Shown one piece after another: positions 31,801 through 47,295 of a DNA stretch of 64,000 bases. The stretch's first letter is position 1, and each line of letters starts with the position of its first letter. The position numbers and the translations under genes were made by a program. The stretch comes from Phoronis australis. Its lineage: Eukaryota > Animalia > Phoronida. The notes beneath the pieces were generated by a model. The model was not told the DNA's origin and ran no database searches. It saw only the letters and a list, made by a program, of their open reading frames with translations. Location of the stretch: positions 718,973 to 782,972 of the forward strand of contig NMRA01000145.1 of the NCBI GenBank assembly GCA_002633005.1, read 5' to 3'.

Positions 31801-33007
31801 GGTCAAAATGTTCCCTTGATCAAACCAGTCGTCACTGCGTATACATTTTTAATGGCGATTAAAATCGCATCGTGGCACAAGTGACTTGTTGTTCAATAGA
31901 TAAAAAATGAGTTCGGTATGGTTGCCTGTTTCGCAAAAATATAACTTTGTTACCCCATTTTTACACATTCTATACGGAGATTTCACAAAAACTACCCACT
32001 GGTCGCAAGTCTCCGTTTAGACTCTGTATAACAATAACATACAAGTTATTCATTAGTGCAGGCAGGCACGCTGGTGCAAAAGCACCGGGCCGGCCGAGTC
32101 AAGACTATTCGACCCTGTGCATGTCAGCATGTCGAGTACGTTTGAACTTTGAACAATTCTACCCGAGGCAATTTTCATGTATTTGTTCCATGTCAAACAT
32201 GTATCAACACTTGCCTTTAGCCAGCAGAAGTGATATGCTATCTCGTTACAACATGAAAACAATGAAATAAAACTGATAACAGTTTATCGAAGTCTTTGTT
32301 TATTTTTAGTTACGGGTAAAATGATTTTCTGTGCCACATGGCCAGACGGGTGCTAATAAAGTGTTTTGTGCTGTTTTGTGTTCCCTTCTCCAATCCATCA
32401 CCTTAGTTCAGGTTGGGTTTTGACATCTTTCACAAGCTAATGCGGTGACTCGACCAATATACCTGCATTATGAACGGTCTTCAAAAATAGACCCTAATGG
32501 ACCGCAAACATATCCAGGCAATGTGAACACCATGAAATGGTAACCCTGATGGAGTCGGTGAAATAATGGGTTGTAGCGTTTTGTGCAGGTTTGAATTCTG
32601 CTAAAGTGAAATGGCAGAATCGGGTGCTTTTCACGATGACATTTCAAGCCTTCAGAAACGCGTGGAATACTTCCTCGGAAAACATACCGTAATAGAGTGG
32701 CTATTGTGAAAATGGAACATCTTATTACCCATACTGCTGAGAAATATACTCACGACGCGTACCGCACCCGAAAAATGGTCCTTTCCATTCGTTGTTTTCT
32801 CATAAACACCCCACCCAGCCTCTCTTAATTCTTAAAGCAAGTGTCTGCAGCAGGGGTTGTGGCAATAAAAACTAACTATGTAATGTGTTTAGTCCTTCAA
32901 GTTGAAAAACAGTGCCATCCATCTAGTCTCTAGTAAAAAGAACCTTTTGGAAATTGTAGAACCTCCGAACAAAATCCTTTTGATAATTATACAGTTCTAC
33001 AAACCAA

Positions 33008-33592
33008 GGGCCCCGTCCAAGAAACTGACTTAAGTTCATTTTTGATTTAAGTCAAAGATTTGTCTCGACTTCCACATCAATTAAGTTAGTCAAAATTAAA
33101 TATGTTTTTGCATGCTCCTAATTATCCTAATGTTTAGCTGGAACTAAACGACGGTGCTATTTAAACATCATGTACTACGTTAAAGAAAGTGCATTTGTAT
33201 TCAAAAGACAAAATAATGTGAAAACAAAAAATCTGCAAATAGGTTGTCTTAGCGCTAATGACGTACCTTGGGGGGCTCACATATTCCCCAACACCACGTC
33301 ACGATACTGACCGGACACGGCTGAGTGACTTACAGCGGATTATTTTCGACGCAGTTCTTTAAAACATTTGGCAACTTTCAACCTACTTCATATTCACATG
33401 GTCGTTATATGTTGTGTTTTTTTATCTAATTTGACCAAGCAATCACAGAGATAAGGAATTAGCGTGCAAGTTAAACACTTAATTCAAACTTAAGATTTAT
33501 TTCTCGTCTTGAGACAAACTAAAGTTTTATCTTAAAATTGATCGAAATTTAAGATTTATCTTAGCTAAGTCAGTTTTCTTGGACCGGGCCCC
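33008..33592. mobile_element. PIF/Harbinger-like MITE
   Basis: gggccccgtccaagaaactgactta at about 33008 pairs with taagtcagttttcttggaccgggccc ending about 33592; flanks resemble CAA / CAG. Confidence 0.65.
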
Positions 33593-36229
33593 AGACCCAG
33601 AGGTCTGCGTGTTTGTTCTACAGGTCTGCAACGGTTTTGAGACGTCCCGATTCGAAATGCCCAAACGCTATGAACTTAAAGCGGTTATTCATGTCACCAT
33701 GGACCTTGTCCAACACCAGACGCAACATTTCCTATTTGATATCTTTGAGTAATTCAAAAACTGACATTCTCTGGAATTGCGCTTTTGAATTTGAGACTGA
33801 ATAATTTGCTATGGAAATCTGTGCACGTCAAAATTTATTGAACTTTCGGAACAAAACATGCTTCAAAGATTTTAAGAACTGGTGGCCCCTGACGAAGGTT
33901 TGACGGGCGCCCAAGGCCTAAACACAGCATTGACTCTAGTCGAAGGCGAAGGGTTTTGAAAGGGCGTCGTCTCGGCTACTGAATAAAGTTAACAGAACTG
34001 ACAAGTAGGGAACTTGCTCACTTCCAGTTTGAAGGACCGCTATTTTTTAGTTTTCTGTTTGTAGAGATCAACTAAAAAGGCTCAAAACACGTTTTATAGT
34101 AAAAAAGACGCCAAGTTGACCAAAGAGGCGCATGATTCCACGTTTATACGTCCACAATAACAACGTAGTTGGATTGGCAGGGTGGCGGACAATCTTCCTT
34201 CCTGGCATGCAGCAGGTGTGCTCTCTTTAACAACACGCACATCTTTTCTCTCCAGCTGAAGTTATTTTCTCATGTGACACAATTGCATTCATACAAATTA
34301 AATTATGTTCGGATACTGTAGTGCTCAGTTGCAGTGCACAGACAGATTTGATGCGGTGTAATGCCTTAGCGCAGGTTGCATAGTTTTAAGCACGCGCAAA
34401 TCGAGCCTCATCTGTCAGATGTGAAAGGAAATGCGATTTGTGAGAAATGAACTGCGTTCGGAAAATTACGGTTTATAAGAAAAGAACAAAGATAGTCTGC
34501 AAATAATGTCCAAAAAGTAAGAATGCAATGTGCCTGTCTAGGTCCTCTTTAAAGTCGAAAACAATAAGACGACAATTTTGTTGTGACACTCAAACGAAAA
34601 TGTACTGGAGGTACAAGTTGCGCACGTGATTTCTGCATGCACATTTGAGCATGCTGTGTAGAGAATTCTGCCCATTTTGACTCTTATTCTGTTTGGCCCT
34701 ATTTGCTTCAACGGGTCACGAAATGGTCAACTTCAAGGTAAAGATAAAATAAAAATAGAATGGTTCATTAAATCAAAGGTAACACCTATGCGATGGACTC
34801 TGACCACAGCATGACCACAGAAAACGAGAAGTGCAGCTTGACTTAACCCCCGACTCGAATTTTGTGACCGTCGCGAAAATAAATCAAAACATTCGACAGT
34901 CGCTATTGTATGAAACGGGATGTGCCAAGGTGATCTCTCCAAACTAGGCCAAATCCCTTTTTAAAATCAACAAATAAACGATAAGGTTTGCGTCTCTAGT
35001 AGTACGTAAGCCAACGGCATATTCAAGAGTCTCCAGACAAGAGGTCTGTCACTACGTCCGGTTTATGGCTGTGATTTGTTTATTCATTTTAATTTTCAAA
35101 ATGGAAATACTTTTTGCAAATATGACGCAAAAACAACACTCAGTTTTATATATGTAAATTCCCAGCAGCTGATTTGATGATAGTCCAACAGTGATGTGCC
35201 TGACATTTGTCTGTTTTTATTGTTGTCGTTGCACTTGCTTACGTTAGTAACGACAGACGTTTTGTAATACTCATAGGTGATGGAGCATATTTAGTCATTG
35301 AAAGACGAGTTTTTTGGCGTTTATGATGTTTATTCGTTGAAAATACACCAAGTATATAATTCTACCGTGCAGGCCATTGTGATTAAATAAAATTAATAAT
35401 CTCTAAAGCGATCAGTATCGTAACCATTGTAATTAAAAATGCACTGAGCACATGTTGAGTATACAAAGCTAAAAATGCACTGTATATCTCACGGTTAAAT
35501 TTGTTCGCTAACATTCATACCTTTACAGTCATTTATGTACACAACTATATAAATAAATCGCCACAAAAACACAGATGTCTGATGTACTTAACATGGTCAC
35601 AAATTTTGCCGCGGCAATAATGAATTATTAAAACATAAAAGTACAACCAGGTTAGAGATTATTAAGTATATGTGTCATAATGACACTGTTTTGAGCAACA
35701 GCAAAAGCTTTTGATATTCGACCAATGCAAGACTGATCTTAACTTTCAGGCTTTGATGGTCCTGGTCGTAAGGCGGCTGCGAAGGAACATAACTTCCAAG
35801 CGAACCCCAGTCTGACTGTACATGTCAACTGACATTTTCTGATCAATTGAATTGTGTCTCGATTTTGGCTTAAACCTGTCTGCGAGATACTCAAGCAAAA
35901 TAATTCTTCGTGCATTGGCCAATCACAAGGTCTTGTTGAATGGACAGATTTTTGAATAAGGGAGAAAGTGCCGAAATTTTCAGATGGAATGCATACTATT
36001 AGTCAGACATGTAGGCCGAGGTCTTACATCTGAAAGGCCTGTATTTGCAATTGGGTAAACACTGAAAACTTTATCCGTGTATATACGAAGTCATACTATG
36101 GACACAACGTTGATCTAAACTCATGACAAGAGATGAGTCACGATGAGAAGGGCTATCGTCCTCAGCGCCAACGTCCATACAACTTCGAACGGCATCCATC
36201 CCCAACCGTTCCACGACTTCATGCAACCA

Positions 36230-39200
36230 CTACGACTCTTGGTGGACTTGCATTCGCGTACTCTGTCGTGTTTCCGGTTTAAATGTTTCGTTGAGGAATC
36301 TGGCATAATTCAGTTTTCCCGAGAGTTTCTCGTCAAATTTGTCCATTACGTGGTACACCTCGTCCTCGCTCAGGACCACGTTTGCAAGCTTGAGAACCGA
36401 TCTGAACTCGGGCACGGACAAGTACCCTTCGTTGTGAACATCAAGTTTCTTGAAGGCACGTCTCAGATTCTTCCACTCACCTGACAGCTGAAACATAAAA
36501 AGAATTACTTTAAGAAAATTCAGTCCACAGGCTTACGGTGAAATTAGTGTACATAATTCAGAAATCTTGTAAAAGATAATTCAGACTAACTCCAATCTTC
36601 TACTCGATAACATCACAATACGTTTACGACAAAGTCAGATTTTAAATTCTTTTAAAAGAACCGATTGGCTTTGATTAGGCTGAATATAAACCACACAACA
36701 ATCCAAGATTGGCAAATTTGCTAGATCTGTTTTAACTGTTGATTCTGTACATTACTTGTCCCAGAGCAGCTTAAAGTTCGATCAATAACTCACCTTTTGC
36801 CTTAGTTTGGAGGTAATTCCAGTAAGACCTTTCTGTGGTGGATTCACGATGTCGTTCATGGGGAGCTCTGCGTTAGGATGAGATAGTAACGACAACATAT
36901 TGTTGCCCTCCTTCCAATGCTGTTTACGGATGGCGAATGGTTTGAGAAACTCAATGTACGAAACCCTGGAATATTTACAGTAAAGAGTTAAAAATCAATC
37001 ATTTTAATTTTATCGGTTCACTATAACCTCGTTTACATTACACCGAATTTGGTCACAAGCACGTTTCACGTGCAAGTTGTTCCGGCATAATTGTCAGTGT
37101 AAACGAGGGCGTTTCTGAAAACTGCAGTCGAAGTCGAAGTTACATCAGACGGTAGTGCAGATTGTACCACGTCAACTTGATCCAGGTTTAAGTCGTAATA
37201 TGAACACAACGGAACAAAGAGGGGAATGAAATAAAACAAAACGGAAACAGCTTTCACCTACTGTAATGTGAACCGAGTAAAGTCCCATTACATCAACTTG
37301 TTGGCTCTGTCACCCTGCCATCTATCGGTACTTAAAATCGACCATTTGCTTAACCTCAGAATGTATAACGTTGATGTCCATAAATATCAACAGCCCATTT
37401 GACCATTAAAACAACGAAGTGATATCTTTATAAGTCTAGCTTACCTCCCGTCTCCTTTGATATCGTATTTCTTCGACAGCATGTGCTGTTCATAATCCGT
37501 CAAGTGAACGCATAACTCAGTTAGAACATCGCAGAACTCTTCTTTCGATACGTATCCTGTGTTATAAGGGTCCATGCCTACGAATTCACGGCGAAGGTCT
37601 TCCCACATATAATCAATCTGCGGGAAATAAAAAGATGTCCTTAATAACAATAGTTATAACGTGGGTGTGTAGTCTGTGATATTTTGCGAGCTGAACAGGA
37701 CATATGCTTTCTACCTTTTTGTAACACCGCTCGCTCTATTTTCCTATCATTTTCCACCGTACTCTGAGTAGAAAAGACACATTTACTCCTTTGAATTCTT
37801 CTTAGCTCAGCAAATTTTCACGAAATTTTTTTAACAGCTCCGAGGCTCAAAAAAGTCAAATTGGTGCTTTCTTTAAGAACCATTTCTCATTACCTTGGCC
37901 CGAAGGTTGTCTTGCAACATATCAGCGGCACAGTTGAGCTTCCTAGAGCGTATCAAGAAGTCACCGTCTCCGCGCTTCGGCGGTGCGATCTTGGCGTTTG
38001 GAAATGCCGCAGACTTGAGCGAATATCCAAAATGGCGGATAAACTGCAACCACTCCAGTTTGTTGTCGGCATTAGTGATGAAAGTTTTCCAAATGTCCCG
38101 AATCTCGCCGCGGGTGAGTTCTGGTTCAATGCCCGTCCTGTAAATAATGATTTTTCGGTGAGAATTTCAATCACCGGAAAATTGACGATGAAATTTGATG
38201 TTGCGATCAAAACTACAAGCATTATTGTCCTCCCAGAATGGACACTTCACAAAATGCAATATTGTTATCAATCGGAACCTTGCATGCGTTTAAAATAGAT
38301 ACTAATACAAGAAGATATGAAACACCTTTGTTCAACCGTAATCTTTTTATTCTTTACTTCAGTTGATTGTTTTGCTTCACGTTGGTCTATCGCGGGTAGC
38401 TGCACTTGAATCTAATCTAATTTTTTAAAGTAACTTGGTATGGTTAAAGAAGCACTGTGTAGACTTCAGTAACACTAGGTCCTCGCTAAAAGCAAGACTT
38501 CGCGAGATTACGTGAGATTTTGCCGTGTGTTTTAAATGAGTGCAGGTGATTTTGGCTAGATTTTAGCAAGGTCCTATCATTACTGAACTCTACCCTGGTC
38601 GTGTTTTTTACCGTCAGATGACGCTTTTGTGGAAGAAACGCGTGCCACAGATATGGAAATAACTGTAAGGGTGTTCATCACCAGAAAATTCCACCTGCCT
38701 TCATCTGACCAAAGACTTCCACTTTGAACGACGGTGTTCTTTTTGATACCCAAAAGAGAGTTTTATGTTTCTTTAGTAAAATTTTAAGTTAAAGCACGTT
38801 CCATCACTTACTGTTTTAGGAGTAGATATAACTCTTCTTGTGACAATCTTTGAGAGTTCTGCTCGTCCATAGCTTGGAAGGCGTCCTCGACCTGTCTGAA
38901 ATTTTTCGATAGACAATCGCGAATGATTCGGAATAGTTCCTGCGATGAACGTTTCGTTGTTTCTACCGTTGGAAAATCGTTGTTGACAACAAGTCGATCC
39001 ACCCTGTTCTCTATCGAATCTTCTTCCAACCCTCTCGGCGTATGTTTTACTGTTGGCTCGGCAGGGGTCGCGGGTACCGCTCCATCGTACAGACTCTTGG
39101 CTCTTCCCCTAGAATAGAAACATGAGAAATGTCAGCATTGGCTTAAAACAATGTAAGTGGAAATGTTTTTAGAACTGTAACTCCACAACGCCTGGAGCAC

Positions 39201-42200
39201 CATAGTTTATCAGAGTCTTCAACATGTAGTCAGCTTCCATGTGCAGATTTGAATTCTCTATACCACCCATGCAGGGATATTAACAGTTATTTGATATTTT
39301 GCAACTAAACTGAGTTACCCTACAGTGTAAATAGGTGTTACAGACTACGAAACAGCGGACATTTAATCAACTTCATTAGGTTCGCATCGTAAATACATAT
39401 TGCGTTTCATCAAGGCTGACACGTACTTAGTATCGAATGCACCCATGAACTCTGCATATTTGACCATCCCATTCTTGTCGAGAGGCACGTGCTCAACGAA
39501 TTCCATGAACTGGTCGTCGGTCAAGTCCAGGCCAAACCGACTTTCGATGCCAGCTCGGAACTCCTCCTGGGACACGACGTCTAATCCGAGCTTGTCGATT
39601 TTGCTGCAAAGACAAAAGGGGTATCAGATTTTATTTATGTTCGACAAATGTTCAGTGGTTAAAAGAAATGTGCATACACAAACCGTTGCTTCAGAGACAA
39701 AAAAGGTCACTTTTACGAATAATAAGGGAACACATAGAAAGTATCATTTCTGGAGGTTGGGCATTGAAAAGCGCTTCGAGAGTAGATTTGGTATATATAA
39801 CGTGTTTCTGTAAACGCTACATTTGGGAATGAGCAAAAATTTCAAAACAAACTCGCACTCGATTAGTTCAAAATGTATAACTTTTAAACTGCTCAATACA
39901 AACGTCGAGCTCGTGTTCGCTAAATACACGATGTCCTCATTATTTACCGATTTGCAAAGCATTTCATTTGCCTTACTAAGCAACTCGAGTATTTTACAAG
40001 AGATCAGTAGAGACGACATTGTTACCACGAGGGGCACATGTTTCTTTACTGAGGATTTGATTGGCAAAAACAGAAGTCAAATGGAAATAAAATAGCGTCC
40101 AAACTACTTACTGAAAGGTAGCCAAAAGTCCCAGGAAGTCTGTCTGAAACATATTCATCAGCCGGCTCTCGAGTGTACTGAGCGTAGACTTGCCTCCTTC
40201 CGTGCCGCCACGAGAGATGTTGTACCTGGAATATGAAACGCAATAAATAGAATTCAAAGTTATCGTTGTCAAACAAAACTCGAATCCAAAAAAACAATTA
40301 AAAACTCCCATCTGTTATTACTTCTAGTCAGCGAGCAAAGGATTTTCGTGCTCTTTAGGAATCTTGGTGACGAAAGGCCTCTTGAGCTTACGGATTCGCT
40401 ACGGAACGTGTATGCATATTTATCTATACTTTCGGAATTGCCTGCGTGATATTTACGAAATCAAAGTGAGATAATCGCTTGATTTTACTCGTTGACAACA
40501 CGTACGAGTTGGAATAAGGCCACAACAGTGTTAGAAGAAAAGTAAATGTGAGTAAAAACGCACCTGTGTTTTTGATCGCTGAGTATTTTATGTGGCATAC
40601 CGGCTTCACTTCTGTCCTGGAATCTGTACAGAAACTCCGTGTAAGGCACGCCCTTTTTGCTGATTTCTACGTTACACCTGGCCAGAAACACATCCAGGTG
40701 GGCTTTCTCCAGCTTAAGACCGAATTTGTTGATTACTTGCAGAAAGTTGTCGTGCGATACCTGGAAAATGGAATAGTTAGTATACCGACATGGTTGCCTG
40801 TAAATATCTGAACGTTAATTTATGAATATGACTTAGTGTCACCCTTAAACCCGAAAACATACTTTAGACTTCTACTCCTCCAAAAATTTGTTTTCTATCC
40901 GGTAGGTTGCGCTTAGCTTGTAAAAATTATGCAGCAGAAAGTGATTTTATATTGATTGATTGCAATCGCGCAGTCGTGCGCATGGACAAGCAGTGAACGT
41001 TGTTGAATTCTACAGTACACGCCAACAATATTTATAACAAACTTTTATGCCAATAAAAGGACGGTATCCCTGTTTTGTGCTATAGTTAGTGGTGTCCATT
41101 AATAGTTGCCATCTTACTACCTGAGCCCAATAAAAGTACTTACCACGAAAATTGTTTAGAGTTGGCTACAAATTCCTGATGAAATTGTGTTTTATTGGGA
41201 AACCGAAAATCTTCCATTCTATTACTCACCCATCCGGACTTTGCCATGTCAATGTCTTCGAATTCTTTCCTCATTTTGTAAAAACCTGCACGGAATTTTC
41301 CCTTCAGCCATCTTTCGACGTCAAGTGACCTCTGGCGTTCTGCCTCTTTTGGCTTCAACGACGATCGTCGCGAAGATTTTGCTAAAGAATAGAATTTTCA
41401 AATACATGTATTCTTGAAGCCTTGAATATTTTAAATACAGCTTTGTTCGTTTATTCTTTATTTAATTTCTTTATCAGGAAATCATTTTTTCAAATATGCG
41501 GTGATGAAGTTTCAAAACTGTTCACAGTTGTTCAATTTGCATTATTAATATTAAAACAAGTAACACTATCGCAAATCACAGAGTTTTAATGGTTTTCACT
41601 TCAAAATCTGCTGACGATGTAATAAGTTAATTCGTGAGCGTACAAACACGTGTGAATAAGGAGTCAACAGTAGAAATATTTCACTTAATTATTATTTTGA
41701 ACAAACTCCATAAAGCGTGATGCTTACCAGGTGGACTACTCGTTTCGTCTCTGATGTCGTCTACGGTTATCCCCAGCTTTTTCATCATCGCCTCTCCGTT
41801 GATTACGCCCGTTCCATCGGGATCATATTTGTTCCACAGTTTATCAAACTCGGTGTCTTCCAAGAAGAAGGACATTTTAGCCAGCGCGTTGCGGAACTCC
41901 GGCTTCAATAATCTTCTGGCCCCGTCAGGATTCACTTGAGGAACTATTTCTGCGACGTCCAACACCCTAGGAAAATAAATGTGCAATGTTCAGAATTTGA
42001 AAACTCAACAAAGGTGAAACCCGCGTCGATTTTTTTCATAGACTCAATTACAGGAAGAATTAGCTTTAATGTTTAGCAAAAATCAGGTTTTTTTAAACTT
42101 CTTAAGGGTGATAACTTGGGAATTTGAAAGTGTAACTGTCTTGCTCAATTTGAGAGATCTTATGAACTTGTACGAAATGGTTCGTTTTGGTGGATTCAGA

Positions 42201-45200
42201 ACAGACTTAAAATAGCTCCTAAAGAGGGACACAGCTCTGTTCTATCTCCGTAAGATACGCATGCTTCTAACGGTCGAAATGATTCTTTTTAATTAAATGT
42301 ACCGGTCTGCATCTCTTCTTATTAAATCTAAATAGTTTACAGAACGAGTGACCCACGTTATCCAGTTAGTATTTCACGAGATGCAAAATAACTACTGTAC
42401 AACAGGTAACAAACTGAGGATAGGCTTCGTATCATTCCAAAGTAGTTGTATACACGACGTATCTTCAGATGGGTGGTTTTCAATCACGTCCCTATAACTT
42501 GCGAAAGGATGCCTTTCCGATTTTTTAAGTATGTCTATTAATTTCCTAAAAAGGATCACTTCAGATATTATAAAAACAAATGAGTGATACTACGGGTGTA
42601 AACCTCTATGAAAAGGTAACTTTTTCATGACCACTCTTTACCTTAATTTACGCAGAGTACCTCATCAAAATACTCAAGTTCCCAGGGAATATAGGCCTAC
42701 ACATATCCGGAAAACATACCTTTGCTTGGCTTTTTCCTTTAACTGTGCGTGCACCTGGCTCGAAGTCATGGTAACTTTGTCTGTGCTTCGATTAATAGTG
42801 TCCATCCAGCGAGGGTATTCCCTGGATTGTACCTCGCGAAAACAGGCGAAGAACTCGTTGAAGTTCACAACCTGCTTGTCTCGAATTCCGATTCTGTCCA
42901 TGACTTTGTTGAATACCCCCTGTGTCAGAGGCCGGTTGACGGTAACGACAACGATTCTGAACAACGCATCCCTGAAGAGAGTGCAAACTTTCATGTGATT
43001 AAGAAGTCTAATAAAGTCTTCATATTACACGTGAAAGGTAGCTACAATCAATATGCGCGTCCGCTGTTTCACAACTTTTTACACATTTCAGGGCTTGGAA
43101 TGTCCAATGACAAAAAAGAGGAAATCTTTCCAGGTGATGTATCGTTCCACAAATAGACTAGTGTGATAAAAATAAATTTTGTGTCGTAAAATTTAAGTGA
43201 AATAGACCTTTTGATGTGAATAAAGTAAAAAATGATGAAAAAAGGAAAAAAGGGGAAAATGGAAATCAAATAAGAGAAAATTAAAGCCAAAACTGAGTAA
43301 ATCTTCTTAAAAGTGGAATATTCCGAGCCTTGAAATTTGCATATGACTAGGGACCGTATAAGTGACCTGTGCACTCTTGAGCTTAAGCCCTTCCTACGAG
43401 ACAAACGTGAAGATCGTGAAATTTGCACGAATAAACCGGTCATGTGTTTTTCTTGGCATGAAAGCAAGATTGATCGATTCATGAAATTTACAAATCGTCT
43501 GCGTTTTGATATAGAACAGATCACTCATGGAATGGTTGGCTAACCGTGTCAAAATTGGCGCCTTTTTGACACTTATCTACCTCCAGTGCCATGAATGATC
43601 TTTTGTAGGATAATAGTGTTCAGAGTTGCTGCTTTTTGAGTAGTGAGTAACAAGGAAGGAATGCATTCCAAACAGACCTACCTTGACACGTTGCCTTTTC
43701 CTTCAGGGTCGTTGTTGGTGAACTTTTTACGAATTTCAAAGTAGTTGCCTCGCACCTTTTCTCTTAACAAGGCCTCAAGCTGCAAAGTAAGTGACAATGC
43801 AAAATTGTGGATTATATTATATACGGGAAGCGGGAGGAGAGGAAGGAGTGCCCCCCCAAACCAAAATCTTGGGAGGGGGCGGAAATAGGTTTCAGCCCGG
43901 TAATATTCCAGGTGTTAAAAAGTATAAATTAATTAACAATTAATTATTCAAAATTTCGACACGCAAATTTGGTTTTAAAATAAAATTGAAAATTAGACAG
44001 ATTCTCCCACTCCTCGACCGTCAAATACTTCTTACGCCTATGATACTGTGTAACTTATGGTGAAAAGCACTGCCGAGTTATGTAGGAAAATCACATCTTA
44101 GAAATGGGTGAATGGATTCATATCAAAGTAAAACTACACATTGTTCTTCAAAATGCTGTTACTTTTAGACGCGGGGGGTGGTGCTATCAAAAATAGGATT
44201 TTTGTAATTTTATCCAATAAATGAAAAGATGCATGAAACGAAAATGAAATTAAAAGTTAATAAAACAACAAAAACGTGACAGTGTTTGTGAGATATCATT
44301 GCTTTAATATTCCTGCATCTTTCTTAATTTGTAAAATTTTACTAAGAAGGCATGGACGTATTCCACCGTCAATGGCAGATTGGTAGCAAGTCGAAAATCA
44401 AATTCCCCATGCGTTCTGCTTCAGAAAAGATTATACACTTTTTGTGCAGACATTTGGATGAATGCACAGACTTGTCGATTAATTCCAACATAAAAGCTTG
44501 AACTCTGAAGAGAATTCCTTTATTGACGGGAGTAATGACTATTTCAACACTTGTAATCCAAGCACGTTCTAATCTTTTGTCAAAGAAAATGTACACCAGA
44601 GTTCGTTTTTTAGAATCGTTTGACAAATGTAAGACGATAATCCGCTTTCTGATAACAACGTCTATTCACAAAATACATTTGTCCTTTGTAGAACGGGTAA
44701 AGATTTTTAACACAAATGAGAGACACATTTGCGTAACTAAAACATTGACCAACCTCATCAATTTCCAGCCTGGCTTGTGTCGCGGGACGCGAGAGATTGG
44801 AAGCTCGCGAGCCGCCAGCTCGGCTCATCAAGTTACCACGGCTTTCACCGCCAGCGCGACTCCCTGTAAAAATATGGAAACACTGAGAGCCACGTAATAG
44901 CGTCTAACAACTGAAATTAACTGGTTTTATCAATTTCCAAAAATCGAAGTCCGATTCAGAAACAACAAGGAATTTATTTCCCTTTCGGGAACAGAAGTTG
45001 TTGCAAATGGCACTGAATTTCAAATACAAGTTCATCGGAAAGGTACAAGCTGAAGATTTCATCGCATTTGACATTTGGTACAGAAACACATTCCAGGCTT
45101 TTCTGATTAATGTTTTGAATCCATTACAACACCTATTTACAGTCATATCTCACTAATACTCAGGGATACATCGATTTGTCCACGATTAACAAAGTGCCCT

Positions 45201-47209
45201 ATAGACAAACATTATATTTCCTTAACAACTGAAACAATTTAAATAGCGATTCGTGTAAAATGGGCAACCAGAAGACGTCGGCTAAAAGTGTGTTAAATTT
45301 CTTTCAAAAACCTAACAATTTAACAAAATAGAACACAGAGTTCATGTTTGTGTCTTTAAATGAGTGAAGAATTAACAATTGTTCGCGGCATAAGCAGTTT
45401 AAAATACAAACTGTGTTTCCAACGGCTTATCGATCTGACGCGAGTCAACACGAGCCCTTTCACGCGACCATTTCATACGGAGCTTCAGTAAATTTTACTC
45501 CATAATGCCGTGTTGACATCGAGCTAATTATTGACACAGCGAACTTACGCTCGCCAAACACTGGCCACGAACCATTGTGATTAGACATAATAAGTCTAGT
45601 GTGTTGATGTTAAATTTAGATGGGACAAAAATTTAGTGAATGACAGCGCCATGTATTTAGTGTTCCTTACCCCTACGTTTACTCGGGAGTGTCTAAACTG
45701 TGTCTCCTAATCGCCGAGTAAACACTCTTCCTATCGTAGCAACTGCTAATATTTGGAGAATATTTCTTCCCCGGATATGGCGCTTGAACATTCCATTGTG
45801 CAAGACACGACTTTGAACCCGATATTTTTTACACCAGCCTCTACGCCGTTTTTTTCAGGTGAATAAATTCTTGAAACCAGAGCCTGAATATTGTGTAGAG
45901 TGTTCAAGGGAGGCTGTAGACCGTTCAAATCTCAGTGGAGTAATTCTAACGTCTTAATAGTTAAAGAGTTTGTTCACTGAAGCATTGTCATTTATCGATA
46001 CCCATGGCAATATTTAGAGCAATTATCTCAAGACGTTAACAAACAAATCCTGTCCCATTCGTTATTAAATTTACCATCGGCCAAAGTCTATGATATATTT
46101 TGACACCAGTTTCAATCCGTGACTTAATGTGAGCGTAATAGCCAATTGTCAGAAATAATCTAGATATCATTATCATTGTATAAATATAAGTCTCTAAGTA
46201 AACCTAGTAGCAGCTCTTATCAGTAAAATTGTGATTAATTGAAAATCCACGTTTTCCATTGGATATTATCGGCCAGTCTCCCTGGATATGTCTTTGTTGA
46301 CGCACTGTTTTTGTACCTTAAGGTCGGCATAGCTTACATATTGTGTGGGTCACGATTGGTTCGAAAATTAGGGCATGAAATACACTCATTAAATACAAAT
46401 ACGTTCTCGTAAAACTATTAATCTTAATTATGCATTCAACATAAGATACAAATTATCTAAGACTTTTAAACTTGAGCTGTACACTGTTAAGTAATACCGA
46501 CTGATATCTTACTTTCATTCAGTTTAGTAACAAAACCACAAGCTGCTATGAAACGATAGTGCTGAGCTACCTCGCGTAAATTTTGGTTCTTTTTGACGAA
46601 AACATGGATTAAAAAAGCGAAGCCCGCCCTGATTAATATTTCCAGTATACGAGTTCATCACTACACTTTGGGGTAACAATTCAATACAAATGTCGATGCC
46701 AAGGATAATGGTTTCACATGACACAGCACCTTGGCAGTGGTCTTGGTGGTAAAATGTAATCAAAATTTTCTTTCAAAGTTAGATAAGATAAAATTGGTAA
46801 CAAAGACTTGTGAATATGTTGACAGTTTTAGTCACCTATACTTACCAAATAGAGGCAGTCTTGTTTTGGACGGATCCCCAATGGTGACCTCCACATTTTC
46901 AGGTATACTATCGTAGGTTGGTTGCTGCTGCTGTTGCGATAATCGGGACCTCATTCTAGATTCCCCGCGTCCTTGTGAGCTGTATAATTTTCGTGGAGAT
47001 CCATAACTCTGCTCCGCGGCCAGAGGCCTCCCCTGAGACATCTGACTGAAGGGGCGATCCCTTGAGTTGGACGCCCGGACATCGACGTTCAGTGCCTCGG
47101 GATTACCCAGTCGCGATAACGGGTGCTGGATTTCTGGCAGTTGTGGATTAAAAGCTTTCTTTTGGCTCATCTGAGTCGCCGGTCGGGATACTACACCGAC
47201 TTGTGACAT
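36230..47209 (-). CDS. EFCAB6: EF-hand calcium-binding domain-containing protein 6-like (multi-EF-hand ciliary microtubule inner protein), 948 aa
   Basis: 14 exons with GT-AG borders and consistent phases: 46846-47209, 44754-44863, 43682-43779, 42720-42971, 41728-41966, 41230-41381, 40564-40760, 40112-40225, 39427-39603, 38812-39108, 37894-38137, 37445-37617, 36794-36965, 36230-36487. Repeated EF-hand pairs (DPEGKGNVS, YDPDGTGVIN, MDPYNTGYVSKEEF, WKNLRRAFKKLDVHNEGYLSVPEF, FDEKLSGKLNY). Orthology versus a paralogue is not established. Confidence 0.85.
38460..38591. mobile_element. MITE with about 32-bp imperfect TIRs (TAGA...TCTA)
   Basis: tagacttcagtaacactaggtcctcgctaaaa pairs with ttttagcaaggtcctatcattactgaactcta. 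Confidence 0.6.
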
Positions 47210-47295
47210 TTTTATAACCTCCTCTCTTCTTCTCCGCTCCGTCCGTAAGTCGTGTATTCTTGCTAACTAGATTTATCAGCGGTACACACACGCTA

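Noticed and set aside
37861-43156. Several plus-strand ORFs of 80-145 aa
   Set aside because: Antisense shadows of EFCAB6-like exons.
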